Below are positions 9,357 through 17,687 of a DNA stretch of 41,444 nt, in pieces. Under the pieces are notes generated by a model. It was not told the origin of the DNA. It searched no databases and saw only the letters and a list, made by a program, of their open reading frames with translations. Position 1 is the stretch's first letter. Every line of letters begins with the position of its first letter. The translations under genes and the position numbers were made by a program. Source of the DNA: Pyrinomonadaceae bacterium (lineage in GTDB: Bacteria > Acidobacteriota > Blastocatellia > Pyrinomonadales > Pyrinomonadaceae); the NCBI GenBank assembly GCA_031392315.1, contig JANMVC010000130.1, positions 1 to 41,444 on the forward strand, read 5' to 3'.

Positions 9357-10519
9357 CGTGTAACGTCCCTCACGACGATTCCATTGACGGAGAGCACTTG
9401 GTTAATGGCGGACAATAGTTCCACCTGCCGTTGCGGTTGCGCGGCGTTGGATGCGGCACCGGTGAAAGCGCCGATGCGACCGAATGCGGATTCTTCAATC
9501 CCGTTTCTGCTCTTCGATTTCGGCGTGCTCTTGGAATTCAGAGCGTGAACTTCAGAATCAATCTTCGCCTTGGCGAGCGCTAGAACCGCGTTGGCCTCTT
9601 CACCGAGTTGCAGTGTGAGTTGCCGCTGAATCTCGGCGCGCTCTTCCAGAAGTTCATTCAGCCGCTCCTCTTTGGTCAGTTGAGAAATGCGCGTGCGCTC
9701 ATTGATGTCGTCGGCTTCACCAGTGAGCTTCCGAACGCGGTCGTCGGTCTTTTCCAGTTCTTCCTTCTTGGAGTTGTCGGCGAGGATTTGATTTTCGTCG
9801 ATGGTTGGTTTCGCGCCGCCTCCGCCTAGCTTTTCCAGAAGCTTCACCACCGGCGCGGGAATTAAGCCGGAAGATACGAGCGTTGCCAGTCGCAACCCTA
9901 GAACCTTTGCGCTGGCGGCAATCCTAATCATGCCGTCATTGACAAGCCCCATGTTGTAGATCTCTTTGTCGGAGAACATCAAGACGCCATTCTTGGCCTG
10001 ATATAAATCCCCCATAGATGTAACGGCCTTTGCGGCTCCCTTGCCGAAAATGTCTACCATCTTCTCCGCCCGGTCCGCACTTAGCCCAGTCTCGTCAATC
10101 GCCTTCGCCATGCGTGTCCATGCCTCTGCGGGCTTCATTTTAGCAATGTCGGCGACAGAGATGCCAAATTTCTCTAACTTGTTTTCTTTTCCGTTCAGAG
10201 CGTCAGCCATTGCGCCGCGAAGTTTCAAAAATTGGGCAGTGAATCCCCCCACATCGGTGCCGCCAAGCTTTGCGGCAAGTGCAAATTCTTGGGCCTCTTT
10301 GTTAGTGATCCTGAGCTGCTCGCCCATCTCCTTGATCTCATCGCCGGTCTGTAAAATCTCACGGCCAAATGCGACGACCGCCCCAATTGTAAACGCTCCC
10401 GCCAGTTGGCTTTTTAGGTCTGTGCCGAACTGGTTAGCCCTCTTTGTCGCATCCGCCAAACCAGCGTCAAAACCCGTTTTATCAAGGCCGAGTTTTGCGA
10501 GTAAGCTAAGAATTGCCAT
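9353..10519 (-). CDS. Tail tape measure protein (short, 388 aa)
   Basis: Ala/Gly/Lys-rich helical protein (MAILSLLAKLGLDKTGFDAGLADATKRANQFG...) in the canonical position after the tube and chaperone. Confidence 0.7.
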   Translation of the reverse strand: MAILSLLAKLGLDKTGFDAGLADATKRANQFGTDLKSQLAGAFTIGAVVAFGREILQTGDEIKEMGEQLRITNKEAQEFALAAKLGGTDVGGFTAQFLKLRGAMADALNGKENKLEKFGISVADIAKMKPAEAWTRMAKAIDETGLSADRAEKMVDIFGKGAAKAVTSMGDLYQAKNGVLMFSDKEIYNMGLVNDGMIRIAASAKVLGLRLATLVSSGLIPAPVVKLLEKLGGGGAKPTIDENQILADNSKKEELEKTDDRVRKLTGEADDINERTRISQLTKEERLNELLEERAEIQRQLTLQLGEEANAVLALAKAKIDSEVHALNSKSTPKSKSRNGIEESAFGRIGAFTGAASNAAQPQRQVELLSAINQVLSVNGIVVRDVTR

Positions 10520-11144
10520 GAAACTTTCCTGATTTGATGTTCTCCGCGAGTTGTTCCGCTGCGGCTAAAGCCTGCTCCTTGGCGTCGCGTCCATACATTT
10601 TCACTTCGTTATTGAGCGCCTTCAAAACAACGTGATCCCAAAGACAGAGCGCCCATGACCGATCAAGGATTTCCGATTCACTGATATGCAAGTCGCGCAT
10701 GAGCGTGACCTTGATTAGTTCGATGGACGGCACAGCCAGCTCGCGAAAGTCGCCCGGGTTGAAATCGTAATCAGGAATCTTGCTGCCTTCCTTTAGGTAA
10801 TCCGCGAATTCTAGACATTTCGATTGCAAGTCGATCGGTCGGAACTTACGGAACCCAATCTTGACCCAGAACGAATCTGCGCCGGTCAACTGGTCGTGCC
10901 AGCGTCGCATGAATTCCGGCAGGTCTTGGTCATCGAAGGTCGCAATGTTTTGTTCCCATGTCTGGGAACAGATGAGAACCGACAACGCGAGATCGTGGTA
11001 GGCAGGTTCCCCTTCGTCGGCGGTGACGAAAGCGGATTTGACCCGGTGAAGAAGTAGAAGATGCCCGAGGCTAAGCGGACGCAAACGCAACCCGAGAATC
11101 GTTCTCGGTTCTGGCACCGCCGCTAAGTAAAATTCGTCGGTCAT
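10506..11144 (-). CDS. Putative tail assembly chaperone (positional), 212 aa
   Basis: Lies between the tube candidate and the tape measure. No slippery-site extension seen. Confidence 0.5.
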   Translation of the reverse strand: MTDEFYLAAVPEPRTILGLRLRPLSLGHLLLLHRVKSAFVTADEGEPAYHDLALSVLICSQTWEQNIATFDDQDLPEFMRRWHDQLTGADSFWVKIGFRKFRPIDLQSKCLEFADYLKEGSKIPDYDFNPGDFRELAVPSIELIKVTLMRDLHISESEILDRSWALCLWDHVVLKALNNEVKMYGRDAKEQALAAAEQLAENIKSGKFHGNS

Positions 11145-11147
11145 TCA

Positions 11148-11588
11148 TTACGCTGCGGCTGCCGTCGTTAAATCGTTCCCCTCGTCACCTTGTTCAAGTT
11201 CGAGGTCGATACTCACCACGCCTTCAACGCTGCGGCTCTGGGAAGCGCTGATGAGGTTGTAGGATGCGTCAATAACTGTCCCGCTCGCATCGACCGCCGT
11301 GATCGTAGTGCCAGGCGCGGGCATGTAGGCGTCGGCGCTACTATTGGCCGCACTGGCCGAGTTGGTCGGCGCCGCTGGAATCACCGTCATGGAAAGCGTC
11401 TTCTTGAAGCCGTGAAAGATTTGTGTGCGCAGAACGCCGTCATCGTCCACCACCTCGGTCATCTTGCTACCGCGATTGAAGCGCGCGCTCTGGGGGAAGG
11501 CGGGGTTCGTCGCGCTGACGATGCCAGCGGTGAAAGTGATTCCGCCGATGCTCCATTTTACGGCCCGGCCCTTAAGTGTCGCACTCAT
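11148..11588 (-). CDS. Putative major tail tube protein (146 aa)
   Basis: Position and size fit. The ATG lies 6 nt after late motif copy 2. Confidence 0.55.
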   Translation of the reverse strand: MSATLKGRAVKWSIGGITFTAGIVSATNPAFPQSARFNRGSKMTEVVDDDGVLRTQIFHGFKKTLSMTVIPAAPTNSASAANSSADAYMPAPGTTITAVDASGTVIDASYNLISASQSRSVEGVVSIDLELEQGDEGNDLTTAAAA

Positions 11589-11594
11589 GGACGG

Positions 11595-11623
11595 GGGTTA
11601 GAAACTGAAATGGCGGGCGTCAA
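11595..11623 (-). promoter_or_regulatory. Late motif copy 2 (TTGACG-17 nt-TAACCC)
   Basis: Minus strand reads TTGACGcccgccatttcagtttcTAACCCccgtccATG. The TTGACG contains the upstream TGA stop. Confidence 0.5.
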
Positions 11624-12057
11624 GCGGTCAATGCTTGGCTGCAACAATAAACATCCATCGAAAGTTCGCTGACCCACTGCCGATCTTCGATGCGACTGCC
11701 GCCGGCCAGACGATTGGAGATGCCGAATACTCCGAAGTCTGAAGTTGCCGCGCCGAGCTCAGTTGCCAAATCGTCGGACATGAAAACGCCGAGCACGATC
11801 CCAGCGGCGGTGCGCTGTTGTGCGACGGATGTATCATCTGCGCTCAATCGAAGTTCAACGGAAAGTTGCAGCGTGAAGTTGCCAGACCCCTGCGGAAACT
11901 CGGGTCCGTTCTGCGCGACCACGAGCGCGTGCGGAAGCGTCTTGGTGGAATCATCCGTGCCGGTGAAGACAAGCACGGGCGCGGCGCCGACAGACACGCC
12001 CATCGCCTCAATGAGCGCACGGCCGGCGGCTTCTAGCTTTTGGGGGAGGTCTTGCAT
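11620..12057 (-). CDS. Hypothetical head-tail connector/tail terminator-region protein (145 aa)
   Basis: ORF immediately upstream of the tube gene. Confidence 0.7.
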   Translation of the reverse strand: MQDLPQKLEAAGRALIEAMGVSVGAAPVLVFTGTDDSTKTLPHALVVAQNGPEFPQGSGNFTLQLSVELRLSADDTSVAQQRTAAGIVLGVFMSDDLATELGAATSDFGVFGISNRLAGGSRIEDRQWVSELSMDVYCCSQALTA

Positions 12058-12058
12058 G

Positions 12059-12226
12059 TCACGAATTCCAGCGGACGCCTTCCGCTTTGAGTTTCGCCGC
12101 GTTATCGACCATCCATCTGATTGGAATTATCGCAGCATAGGCACCCACCAGAACCAGAGCCGCAGAACCAATTACAACCCCTATTGCGACGAGCTGAAAA
12201 AACTCGAACGCTTCCCTTATTCTCAT
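12059..12226 (-). CDS. Unlisted micro-ORF, single-pass membrane peptide (55 aa)
   Basis: Manual translation gives MRIREAFEFFQLVAIGVVIGSAALVLVGAYAAIIPIRWMVDNAAKLKAEGVRWNS. TGATG overlap upstream; its stop lies 1 nt before the next ATG. Confidence 0.45.
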   Translation of the reverse strand: MRIREAFEFFQLVAIGVVIGSAALVLVGAYAAIIPIRWMVDNAAKLKAEGVRWNS

Positions 12227-12954
12227 CACTTCGCACTCGCTTTCTTTAGGTCGGGAGCCAATCGCCGGGCCAACTCCTTCACCATGTCTCGCGCCGTCAC
12301 GTCCAAAGCCAACTGTAATCCTTTCACCGACGTAGGCATCGGGTCGCCACCGGGCGCAGGTGGATTCGATTCGTTCCCCTTTAACGCGGTGTTTTGGATC
12401 ACGGCTTCAATCTTTGAATTCAGAGAGAACCTCGCAGGCTTTGCTCGGCCCTTCGGTTTCCCGTATTGCCGGGCATCGCCCGTGGACTTCAACCCGGACG
12501 GCTTGCCTTTGACAAAACTGAAAAGCGCATTCCGCGCCCCAATCCAACCGGATGCGATGAACCCAGCGGAGCGCACCTTGGACGCGATGTAATTTGCCAC
12601 GCGCTCTTCCATCGTTTCGCCCTTGGCGCCCCATTCCCCGGTGAGTTTGAATCGCTTGGCCAAAATTAGAGCAGCCAGGCTGTTTTCCTTGGCCTGATAC
12701 GCGCCCTGCTTTACCCGTATCTTCCCCTTGTTTTTGCCGCGCTTGATTTGCTGGAAGCTGACTTGCCGACCGATGGCCCCGAGGACGTGCGCGATCTGTT
12801 GTCGATTCGCTTTCATCGTATTCCGCACCGCTTCAATTGACACCTTGAGCGCCTGGCCGTTGGTGAAGTCCACACAAGTCCGAGAGCTGGTGGCTCTCAA
12901 ATCGTTGGCGGCTTGATGGAACTGCCGCATGTCCAGACCGATGGTGGGTTTCAT
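12226..12954 (-). CDS. Hypothetical connector-region protein (242 aa)
   Basis: ATGA overlap with the upstream gene. Basic, Lys-rich. Confidence 0.75.
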   Translation of the reverse strand: MKPTIGLDMRQFHQAANDLRATSSRTCVDFTNGQALKVSIEAVRNTMKANRQQIAHVLGAIGRQVSFQQIKRGKNKGKIRVKQGAYQAKENSLAALILAKRFKLTGEWGAKGETMEERVANYIASKVRSAGFIASGWIGARNALFSFVKGKPSGLKSTGDARQYGKPKGRAKPARFSLNSKIEAVIQNTALKGNESNPPAPGGDPMPTSVKGLQLALDVTARDMVKELARRLAPDLKKASAK

Positions 12955-13193
12955 CGCGCTGAAGTCCTCGCGTTAAAGGTGCCCGTCATATTCTCACACT
13001 TCCGCATTCTCGGAACGGCGGTGTAAGCAGGCATCAATCGTCGCTCGCAGGCGCTGGCTTCCGCGCGCGCGGCATCTCGGCTTCTCACCAAACCGGAACC
13101 AAGCGAAGCGTCGCCGTCGCCCAGCACGTTCCATCGATAACTCCCCGACGGGAGCTTCGTGTATTTCTTGCGAAAGAATCGTTGTCCTCTCAT
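12951..13193 (-). CDS. Small AP2/Arm-like putative DNA-binding protein (80 aa), paralogue of 24483..24776
   Basis: MRGQRFFRKKYTKLPSGSYRWNV..LGSGLVRSRDAARAEA matches the pattern MRGxRxFxKKxTxL..(Y/W)RWxV..G...AA. ATGA overlaps on both sides. Confidence 0.55.
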   Translation of the reverse strand: MRGQRFFRKKYTKLPSGSYRWNVLGDGDASLGSGLVRSRDAARAEASACERRLMPAYTAVPRMRKCENMTGTFNARTSAR

Positions 13194-13513
13194 TTATGCG
13201 CGCTCCTTAAATCCATCTGGAAACCGACGTTGAGCGGATCGATCTCCGTGCGGTCGATCCGGTAGGTCTTGGTTCCGATGATGACGGATTGACCCACGGT
13301 CGGCAGTGTGACGAAAACATTGGCCCCGACTGAATCCTTCAGCGCGATCACCAGCGTCATCTCCGGACCTTCCTCGAACCCGCCGAGTTCAAGCGCACGT
13401 CTCATATTCAACCCTGAGATGGTTCCGGTGTAGGAGTTACCCGAGAAGGTGAAGAGTTGCGGAGCGTCAGAAATCATGGCGCGTAGGTCATTGCCATGAA
13501 TGTCGGCCGTCAT
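13190..13513 (-). CDS. Hypothetical head-tail joining-region protein (107 aa)
   Basis: The ATG lies 8 nt after late motif copy 3. First gene of a new coupled string. Confidence 0.75.
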   Translation of the reverse strand: MTADIHGNDLRAMISDAPQLFTFSGNSYTGTISGLNMRRALELGGFEEGPEMTLVIALKDSVGANVFVTLPTVGQSVIIGTKTYRIDRTEIDPLNVGFQMDLRSAHK

Positions 13514-13521
13514 CGGAACGG

Positions 13522-13550
13522 GGGTTAGCAGCCGAAACCGCCGCTGTCAA
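13522..13550 (-). promoter_or_regulatory. Late motif copy 3 (TTGACA-17 nt-TAACCC)
   Basis: Minus strand reads TTGACAgcggcggtttcggctgcTAACCCccgttccgATG. Confidence 0.5.
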
Positions 13551-13601
13551 TTAGCATTGGACCGCGGGTGTCTTACCTGTCTGGACAATTACTGTCTAAC
13601 A

Positions 13602-13635
13602 ACGGAAAAGCCCCGGTCCTCAAACGAGGCGGGGC
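13602..13635 (-). terminator. Rho-independent terminator ending the membrane-protein cassette
   Basis: Minus-strand RNA reads GCCCCGCCUC-GUUU-GAGGACCGGGGC followed by UUUUCCGUUGUU (10 bp stem with a 2-nt bulge). Confidence 0.65.
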
Positions 13636-13661
13636 GCTAAACGTGACGAGAGGTTTGGGTT

Positions 13662-13967
13662 TTAGGACGGTTCTGGAGTGGCGTCGGGAACGATGTCATC
13701 GAGCGCCTGCGTGGTGATTTTCAATTCAGCAACGGCGGACTCGATGGCGGACAGGTCGCCGCCTGCATCGATGATGTCTCCCAGGCTTTTGAGTTTGGCC
13801 AGCACTTCGTCAATGCCCTTTCGGGTTTGCTGTCCAACCGCTCGAATTTCCGCTGCGATTTCTTCGGATGTTTTTGCCATAAGCTCTTTGAGTTCTTGGT
13901 GTCGTTTTTGTGTTTCGCTCAACCGCTCCAACCCGAGCCAGTCGAGCACGGAGCGAATCAAGCGCAT
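13662..13967 (-). CDS. Coiled-coil hypothetical protein (101 aa; start moved to MRLIRSV)
   Basis: ATG at 13967 lies 4 nt after the upstream TAA. The longer track ORF overlaps the barrel gene. Confidence 0.6.
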   Translation of the reverse strand: MRLIRSVLDWLGLERLSETQKRHQELKELMAKTSEEIAAEIRAVGQQTRKGIDEVLAKLKSLGDIIDAGGDLSAIESAVAELKITTQALDDIVPDATPEPS

Positions 13968-13971
13968 GGAT

Positions 13972-14571
13972 TTAGAACTTGAAACCGAACCCCGCGCGCA
14001 CGCGCACCGCGTTCCCGAGTTCGGACAATTCCTGTTCAAAGCCGTGAATGGCTTGCGCATCGGCAAAGATGGAGAACCTGTCCCGCCGGAATTCCAAACC
14101 GGCACCGGCGGCGAGAAGGTTTTCGTGCTGAACAAAGTCCCGGTGGTAGCCGCCAATCAGATACGGCGCGAACCCAGTCTGCTTGAGCGGGAAGTAGTAT
14201 TTGAGATTTCCGCCGGCGTCGCGGAATGACTCGAGCCACTGCGAATCGTCAATGCCTTCGCTGGTGACTTCAGCTTCGACGGTGAGCTTCTCCGTTAGTG
14301 AATAGCCGAGCGCCAGACCGCCGCCGTAGCTGAGTTCGCTATCCACTATGGACGCGGTGGCGAATGGTGAGAGGGTGACGCGGCCTTTTGAGAAGAGCGA
14401 AGGCGCGTCAGCAGCGTGAACCGATGCGCTGAAACAAAGGAGCATGGCGGCCAATGATAACTTTTGTGTTCGCTTCCTCCATCGAGGTGGACGGCAGTCA
14501 GGGAGCTTGTCGATTCCGATGATGGCGAGAGTTGCGACGACTAACAGCACGTTAATTTGTAGGAAAATCAT
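13972..14571 (-). CDS. Outer-membrane beta-barrel protein, Lom/Ail/OmpX-like moron (up to 199 aa, start uncertain)
   Basis: Internal signal-like segment KLSLAAMLLCFSASVHA-AD, alternating beta-strand pattern, and a C-terminal RAGFGFKF ending in Phe. Confidence 0.65.
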   Translation of the reverse strand: MIFLQINVLLVVATLAIIGIDKLPDCRPPRWRKRTQKLSLAAMLLCFSASVHAADAPSLFSKGRVTLSPFATASIVDSELSYGGGLALGYSLTEKLTVEAEVTSEGIDDSQWLESFRDAGGNLKYYFPLKQTGFAPYLIGGYHRDFVQHENLLAAGAGLEFRRDRFSIFADAQAIHGFEQELSELGNAVRVRAGFGFKF

Positions 14572-14572
14572 A

Positions 14573-14869
14573 TCAATTTTCGGTTTTTTTGGTTTCTTTG
14601 GTCACGGTCGTTGTCACGGATTCCGTCTGAGTCACTTCTAGTTCCGGCACAGGCGAACGCTGAAGGTAGGCCGCCGTCGAAATAATTCCGCTGACGAGGA
14701 AAGTGCCTAAAATCATCACGAGCAAATTGTGCAAACCATCGCGCAGGTTGTATTCCGATGGCGTCTGGCTGATGGCAATGAACCCGCTGGCCACTGCGCC
14801 CGCACCGCCGCCGATGAAGGCTGCGACGAGTCCGCGAAACCAAACGAGAGGGTCTTTCCATTTCGTCAT
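14573..14869 (-). CDS. Two-TM membrane protein with charged C-tail, holin-like (98 aa)
   Basis: MTKWKDPLVWFRGLVAAFIGGGAGAVASGFIAI...LLVMILGTFLVSGIISTAAYL then a TKETKKTEN tail. ATGA overlap upstream. Confidence 0.55.
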   Translation of the reverse strand: MTKWKDPLVWFRGLVAAFIGGGAGAVASGFIAISQTPSEYNLRDGLHNLLVMILGTFLVSGIISTAAYLQRSPVPELEVTQTESVTTTVTKETKKTEN

Positions 14870-14997
14870 TTTTTGATCCGGTAAGCCGCGAACATCAGGC
14901 TGACCCAAAGCACCAGCGCGGAAATGAGTAGCCAGAAGATGATCCACTCCACGTAGCGAACCGGCGATGACGTGAGCATTAAGGCGTGCATCGTCAT
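14866..14997 (-). CDS. Unlisted micro-ORF, single-pass membrane peptide (43 aa)
   Basis: Manual translation gives MTMHALMLTSSPVRYVEWIIFWLLISALVLWVSLMFAAYRIKK. Its stop overlaps the next ATG (ATGA). Confidence 0.45.
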   Translation of the reverse strand: MTMHALMLTSSPVRYVEWIIFWLLISALVLWVSLMFAAYRIKK

Positions 14998-15009
14998 CGC
15001 CGGATGGTG

Positions 15010-15279
15010 TTAACGCGTAGTCAAACCGGCCGGGTCGGCGTTCTTGGCCTTTGCAGACGCGACCGGCTGAGCTTTCTCAACGAGCGCGTCCACATCTTTG
15101 GCGGTGAGAACTTTGGTCTTCACCTCTTCCAAAAGCCCGAGCGCCTTCAAATCACCTTGCGGGATTTGTTGCCCGGCGTTGGCGATTAGAAATGCCGCGC
15201 GCTTGTCGCCCTCCAGCACTACAGACTTTCGATCCGTGGTGTAGTAGAGAGCGACAGGGGTGATGACAGGGATGTTCAT
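15010..15279 (-). CDS. Hypothetical protein (89 aa)
   Basis: ATGA overlap with the upstream gene. Confidence 0.7.
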   Translation of the reverse strand: MNIPVITPVALYYTTDRKSVVLEGDKRAAFLIANAGQQIPQGDLKALGLLEEVKTKVLTAKDVDALVEKAQPVASAKAKNADPAGLTTR

Positions 15280-15740
15280 TGCAGGGTGAGTGCCGTGAAG
15301 TTGGTGATGAACACGCCGAGCAAATTCGTGTTCTGGATCGATTTGACTCGCAAATACGTCCCGTTGGCGAGATTGGCCGTAGTCGGCAACATGTTCGTGT
15401 AGTAGTCATACCCGGTGGTCCCGTTCTGCGGAACGGATAGCGTGAAGGTATGGCTGTCCACAACGTCAGTTCCGTTCGCAAGTTGCTCGAGCGTGATGAC
15501 CATGTTGGTAGTCGATGCAGCGTTGGTGCCTGCGACTTTCAGCGCGAACCCTACACCGTTCTTACCGATCGAAATCAGGTTGGCCTGAGTTGTCGGAAGA
15601 TTGGTCGTGAATACACCAGCGATGAAGAAGTTGCTGGAGATCGTGATCGGCGTCTGGAACGTCGGCGGGGCGACAAACTGCGCTTGCAGTTGCGCGACCG
15701 CCAACGCGAGAACCGCTGCGATTTTCAAGAGTGTTTTCAT
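15276..15740 (-). CDS. Secreted-type protein directly after the capsid gene (154 aa; start moved to MKTLLK)
   Basis: N-terminus MKTLLKIAAVLALAVAQLQA-QF. The longer track start overlaps the capsid gene. Confidence 0.7.
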   Translation of the reverse strand: MKTLLKIAAVLALAVAQLQAQFVAPPTFQTPITISSNFFIAGVFTTNLPTTQANLISIGKNGVGFALKVAGTNAASTTNMVITLEQLANGTDVVDSHTFTLSVPQNGTTGYDYYTNMLPTTANLANGTYLRVKSIQNTNLLGVFITNFTALTLQ

Positions 15741-15777
15741 GTTCGTTTTCAGTGGAATGTTTCCGGTTCGGTTTTGG

Positions 15778-17643
15778 TTACACGTTCGGAATTCCGGTGA
15801 CGGTGCAGAACGACGCAGCGCGATAAACCACCAACGCCAGGCGCTCTTCAGCACGAATGGCGATCCGGTTGTATTTGAAATCCGAAGCGTCACTGTTGGT
15901 CATTTCCATCGTGAGTCCCATGCGCCGGAACAACTGCGCGCCGAGGCGGAAGGCGCCAACCAAGGCCGTGCCTTGCGCGATCGCAGTTGTCTCGATCACC
16001 GGTTTGCCCCACAGGAAACCCGCGACGGAATAACCACCTACGCCGTAGGTTCCAGAGAACGGACCCCCGGCGTAATACTGGCCGTTACTGTCTTTCGACC
16101 GGCGAGCATTACCCCAGTCGGTGGGGTTCATGATGATCGCGTCAGGCTCGAGGAAGGCAATGGTTCGAACCTTTTGCAGTCCTTTGTCGATAGCGTCGAA
16201 GATGGTGTTGCCCGCGTAGGCCTGCGTCTGAATGCTGCCGGTTTGGAGGATGCCCGTAATAGAGCTACCGCCGGCGCCGTTCAACAATTCGTTGTCTTCC
16301 TTGGCCTGAACCATGAAACCAAGGCGAGCGTTTACGTAGTCGCGCACCGCCGGATAATCGGAAAGCATTTCGTCGGAAATGCGTCCGATGACCGCGATCT
16401 TCTTGACCGCAAAATCAGTCTCGGCCAGGGAGAACGTCGCCTCAGGTTTTTCGCCTTCTTCCGCAACGGCGGTCGCCGCATTGGTGAAGCTGCTTTCCGT
16501 GAAGATTCGGATCGTCGAAGCCGTGGTTTCGCCCTGCGCCAGCAACTGCGCGATGGTCAACGGTTGCTGATTGACCACTGTGATCCCAGGCGGACGATCG
16601 TAGGAGGTCATGCCCGTGCTCAACAACGTGGCGCGAGTGTGACCGTCGCCCATGATGTCGCGCATCCCGAGGACGTTGTCGATTTCCAGCGCGATGTTTT
16701 TGCTCTTGGAGTTGCTCTTTGCAGCGCTGCGGAACAGCTCTGAGTTGACGAGTCTTTCGCCGATGCTGAATGCTCGAGTTTGACCGTCGCGAGTGCGGTC
16801 CCCATTGGAAGATGGGTCGATGACGGCGCGGCCTTCGATGGGCAGGCTTTCGAGCTTGGTAAGAAGCTCTTTGCGCAGCCGATCAGGAGACCATCCATCG
16901 CGAAGCGCCTGCTCGTAGATTTCGGTTTTGTTATGCCGCTTGCACAGCGCAAACATTTCGTTGAACTCGCCAGCGATGTCAGCACGGCTTGCGATAATCG
17001 CAGGCGCGGCCGGTGCGGGTGGAGTGGCAGGACCGCCGCCGCCAGTAGCGGGCGCGGGGTCGAGCAAAAGTTGAGAACGGATTTTCATGGGGTCTTCGAT
17101 TTCAATAGTGGTTTGGGGGATGGTCTTATCCTCGCGACCGATGCCGACCGATGCATCCGCCGGGATTGAGACAATCGAAATCTCCATAGGCGTCCAGCGC
17201 ATGGCTCGAAGTGTTTCAACTTCGTTCTCGATCTTCTCAGTCACCAGTTTGTGAACCCGGTATCCGACCGAAACCAATCGGCGAATCCCGTCTTTCACGT
17301 CCTGGAAAATTTCACTGGCGCGGGTAGAGTTTCCGAACCGCACAACGGCCGTGCCTCGGCTTTCCTTGATTTCCGCGCTCTCGATGACACCCACTTGATC
17401 CTCCCGATTATGGTCCATCAGGAGCGGCCCGCCGTTGTTCAGCCGGGTCAAGTCAACGGAATCGGGCTTGTGATCGAGGACTTCGTAGTAGCGGCCGATC
17501 TCCCAGTTGTATTGCTCAACCGGAAGCTCGGAGGAAAAGGAAAGCTCAACGGAACGGGAGTCTTCTTTCATCGCCGCCCGATTGACCTCGAACGTGCGAT
17601 AGATGATTCCGGACTTGAATTGGCGCTTTGCTTTTCCGCTCAC
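15778..17643 (-). CDS. Fused prohead protease - scaffold-like linker - HK97-family major capsid protein (621 aa, GTG start)
   Basis: N-terminal protease-like region (..EVLDHKPDSVDLTRLNNGGPLLMDHNREDQVGV..). C-terminal HK97 MCP-like region (..LEPDAIIMNPTDW..GKPVIETTAI..ALVGAFRLGAQLF..AIRAEERLAL). Confidence 0.85.
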   Translation of the reverse strand: MSGKAKRQFKSGIIYRTFEVNRAAMKEDSRSVELSFSSELPVEQYNWEIGRYYEVLDHKPDSVDLTRLNNGGPLLMDHNREDQVGVIESAEIKESRGTAVVRFGNSTRASEIFQDVKDGIRRLVSVGYRVHKLVTEKIENEVETLRAMRWTPMEISIVSIPADASVGIGREDKTIPQTTIEIEDPMKIRSQLLLDPAPATGGGGPATPPAPAAPAIIASRADIAGEFNEMFALCKRHNKTEIYEQALRDGWSPDRLRKELLTKLESLPIEGRAVIDPSSNGDRTRDGQTRAFSIGERLVNSELFRSAAKSNSKSKNIALEIDNVLGMRDIMGDGHTRATLLSTGMTSYDRPPGITVVNQQPLTIAQLLAQGETTASTIRIFTESSFTNAATAVAEEGEKPEATFSLAETDFAVKKIAVIGRISDEMLSDYPAVRDYVNARLGFMVQAKEDNELLNGAGGSSITGILQTGSIQTQAYAGNTIFDAIDKGLQKVRTIAFLEPDAIIMNPTDWGNARRSKDSNGQYYAGGPFSGTYGVGGYSVAGFLWGKPVIETTAIAQGTALVGAFRLGAQLFRRMGLTMEMTNSDASDFKYNRIAIRAEERLALVVYRAASFCTVTGIPNV

Positions 17644-17649
17644 GAGCGC

Positions 17650-17678
17650 GGGTTAGAAAGCGGAATGGCGGTCGTCAA
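17650..17678 (-). promoter_or_regulatory. Late motif copy 4 (TTGACG-17 nt-TAACCC)
   Basis: Minus strand reads TTGACGaccgccattccgctttcTAACCCgcgctcGTG. Confidence 0.5.
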
Positions 17679-17687
17679 CAGGGATTT

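Noticed and set aside
11690-12592. 300-aa plus-strand ORF
   Set aside because: It is antisense across three translationally coupled minus-strand genes. It has low-complexity Ser/Ala/Pro composition and no start context.
15601-16743. 380-aa plus-strand ORF
   Set aside because: It is entirely antisense to the protease-capsid gene, whose product has clear HK97 signatures. The Arg/Gly/Ala-rich product is typical of a shadow ORF in GC-rich coding DNA.
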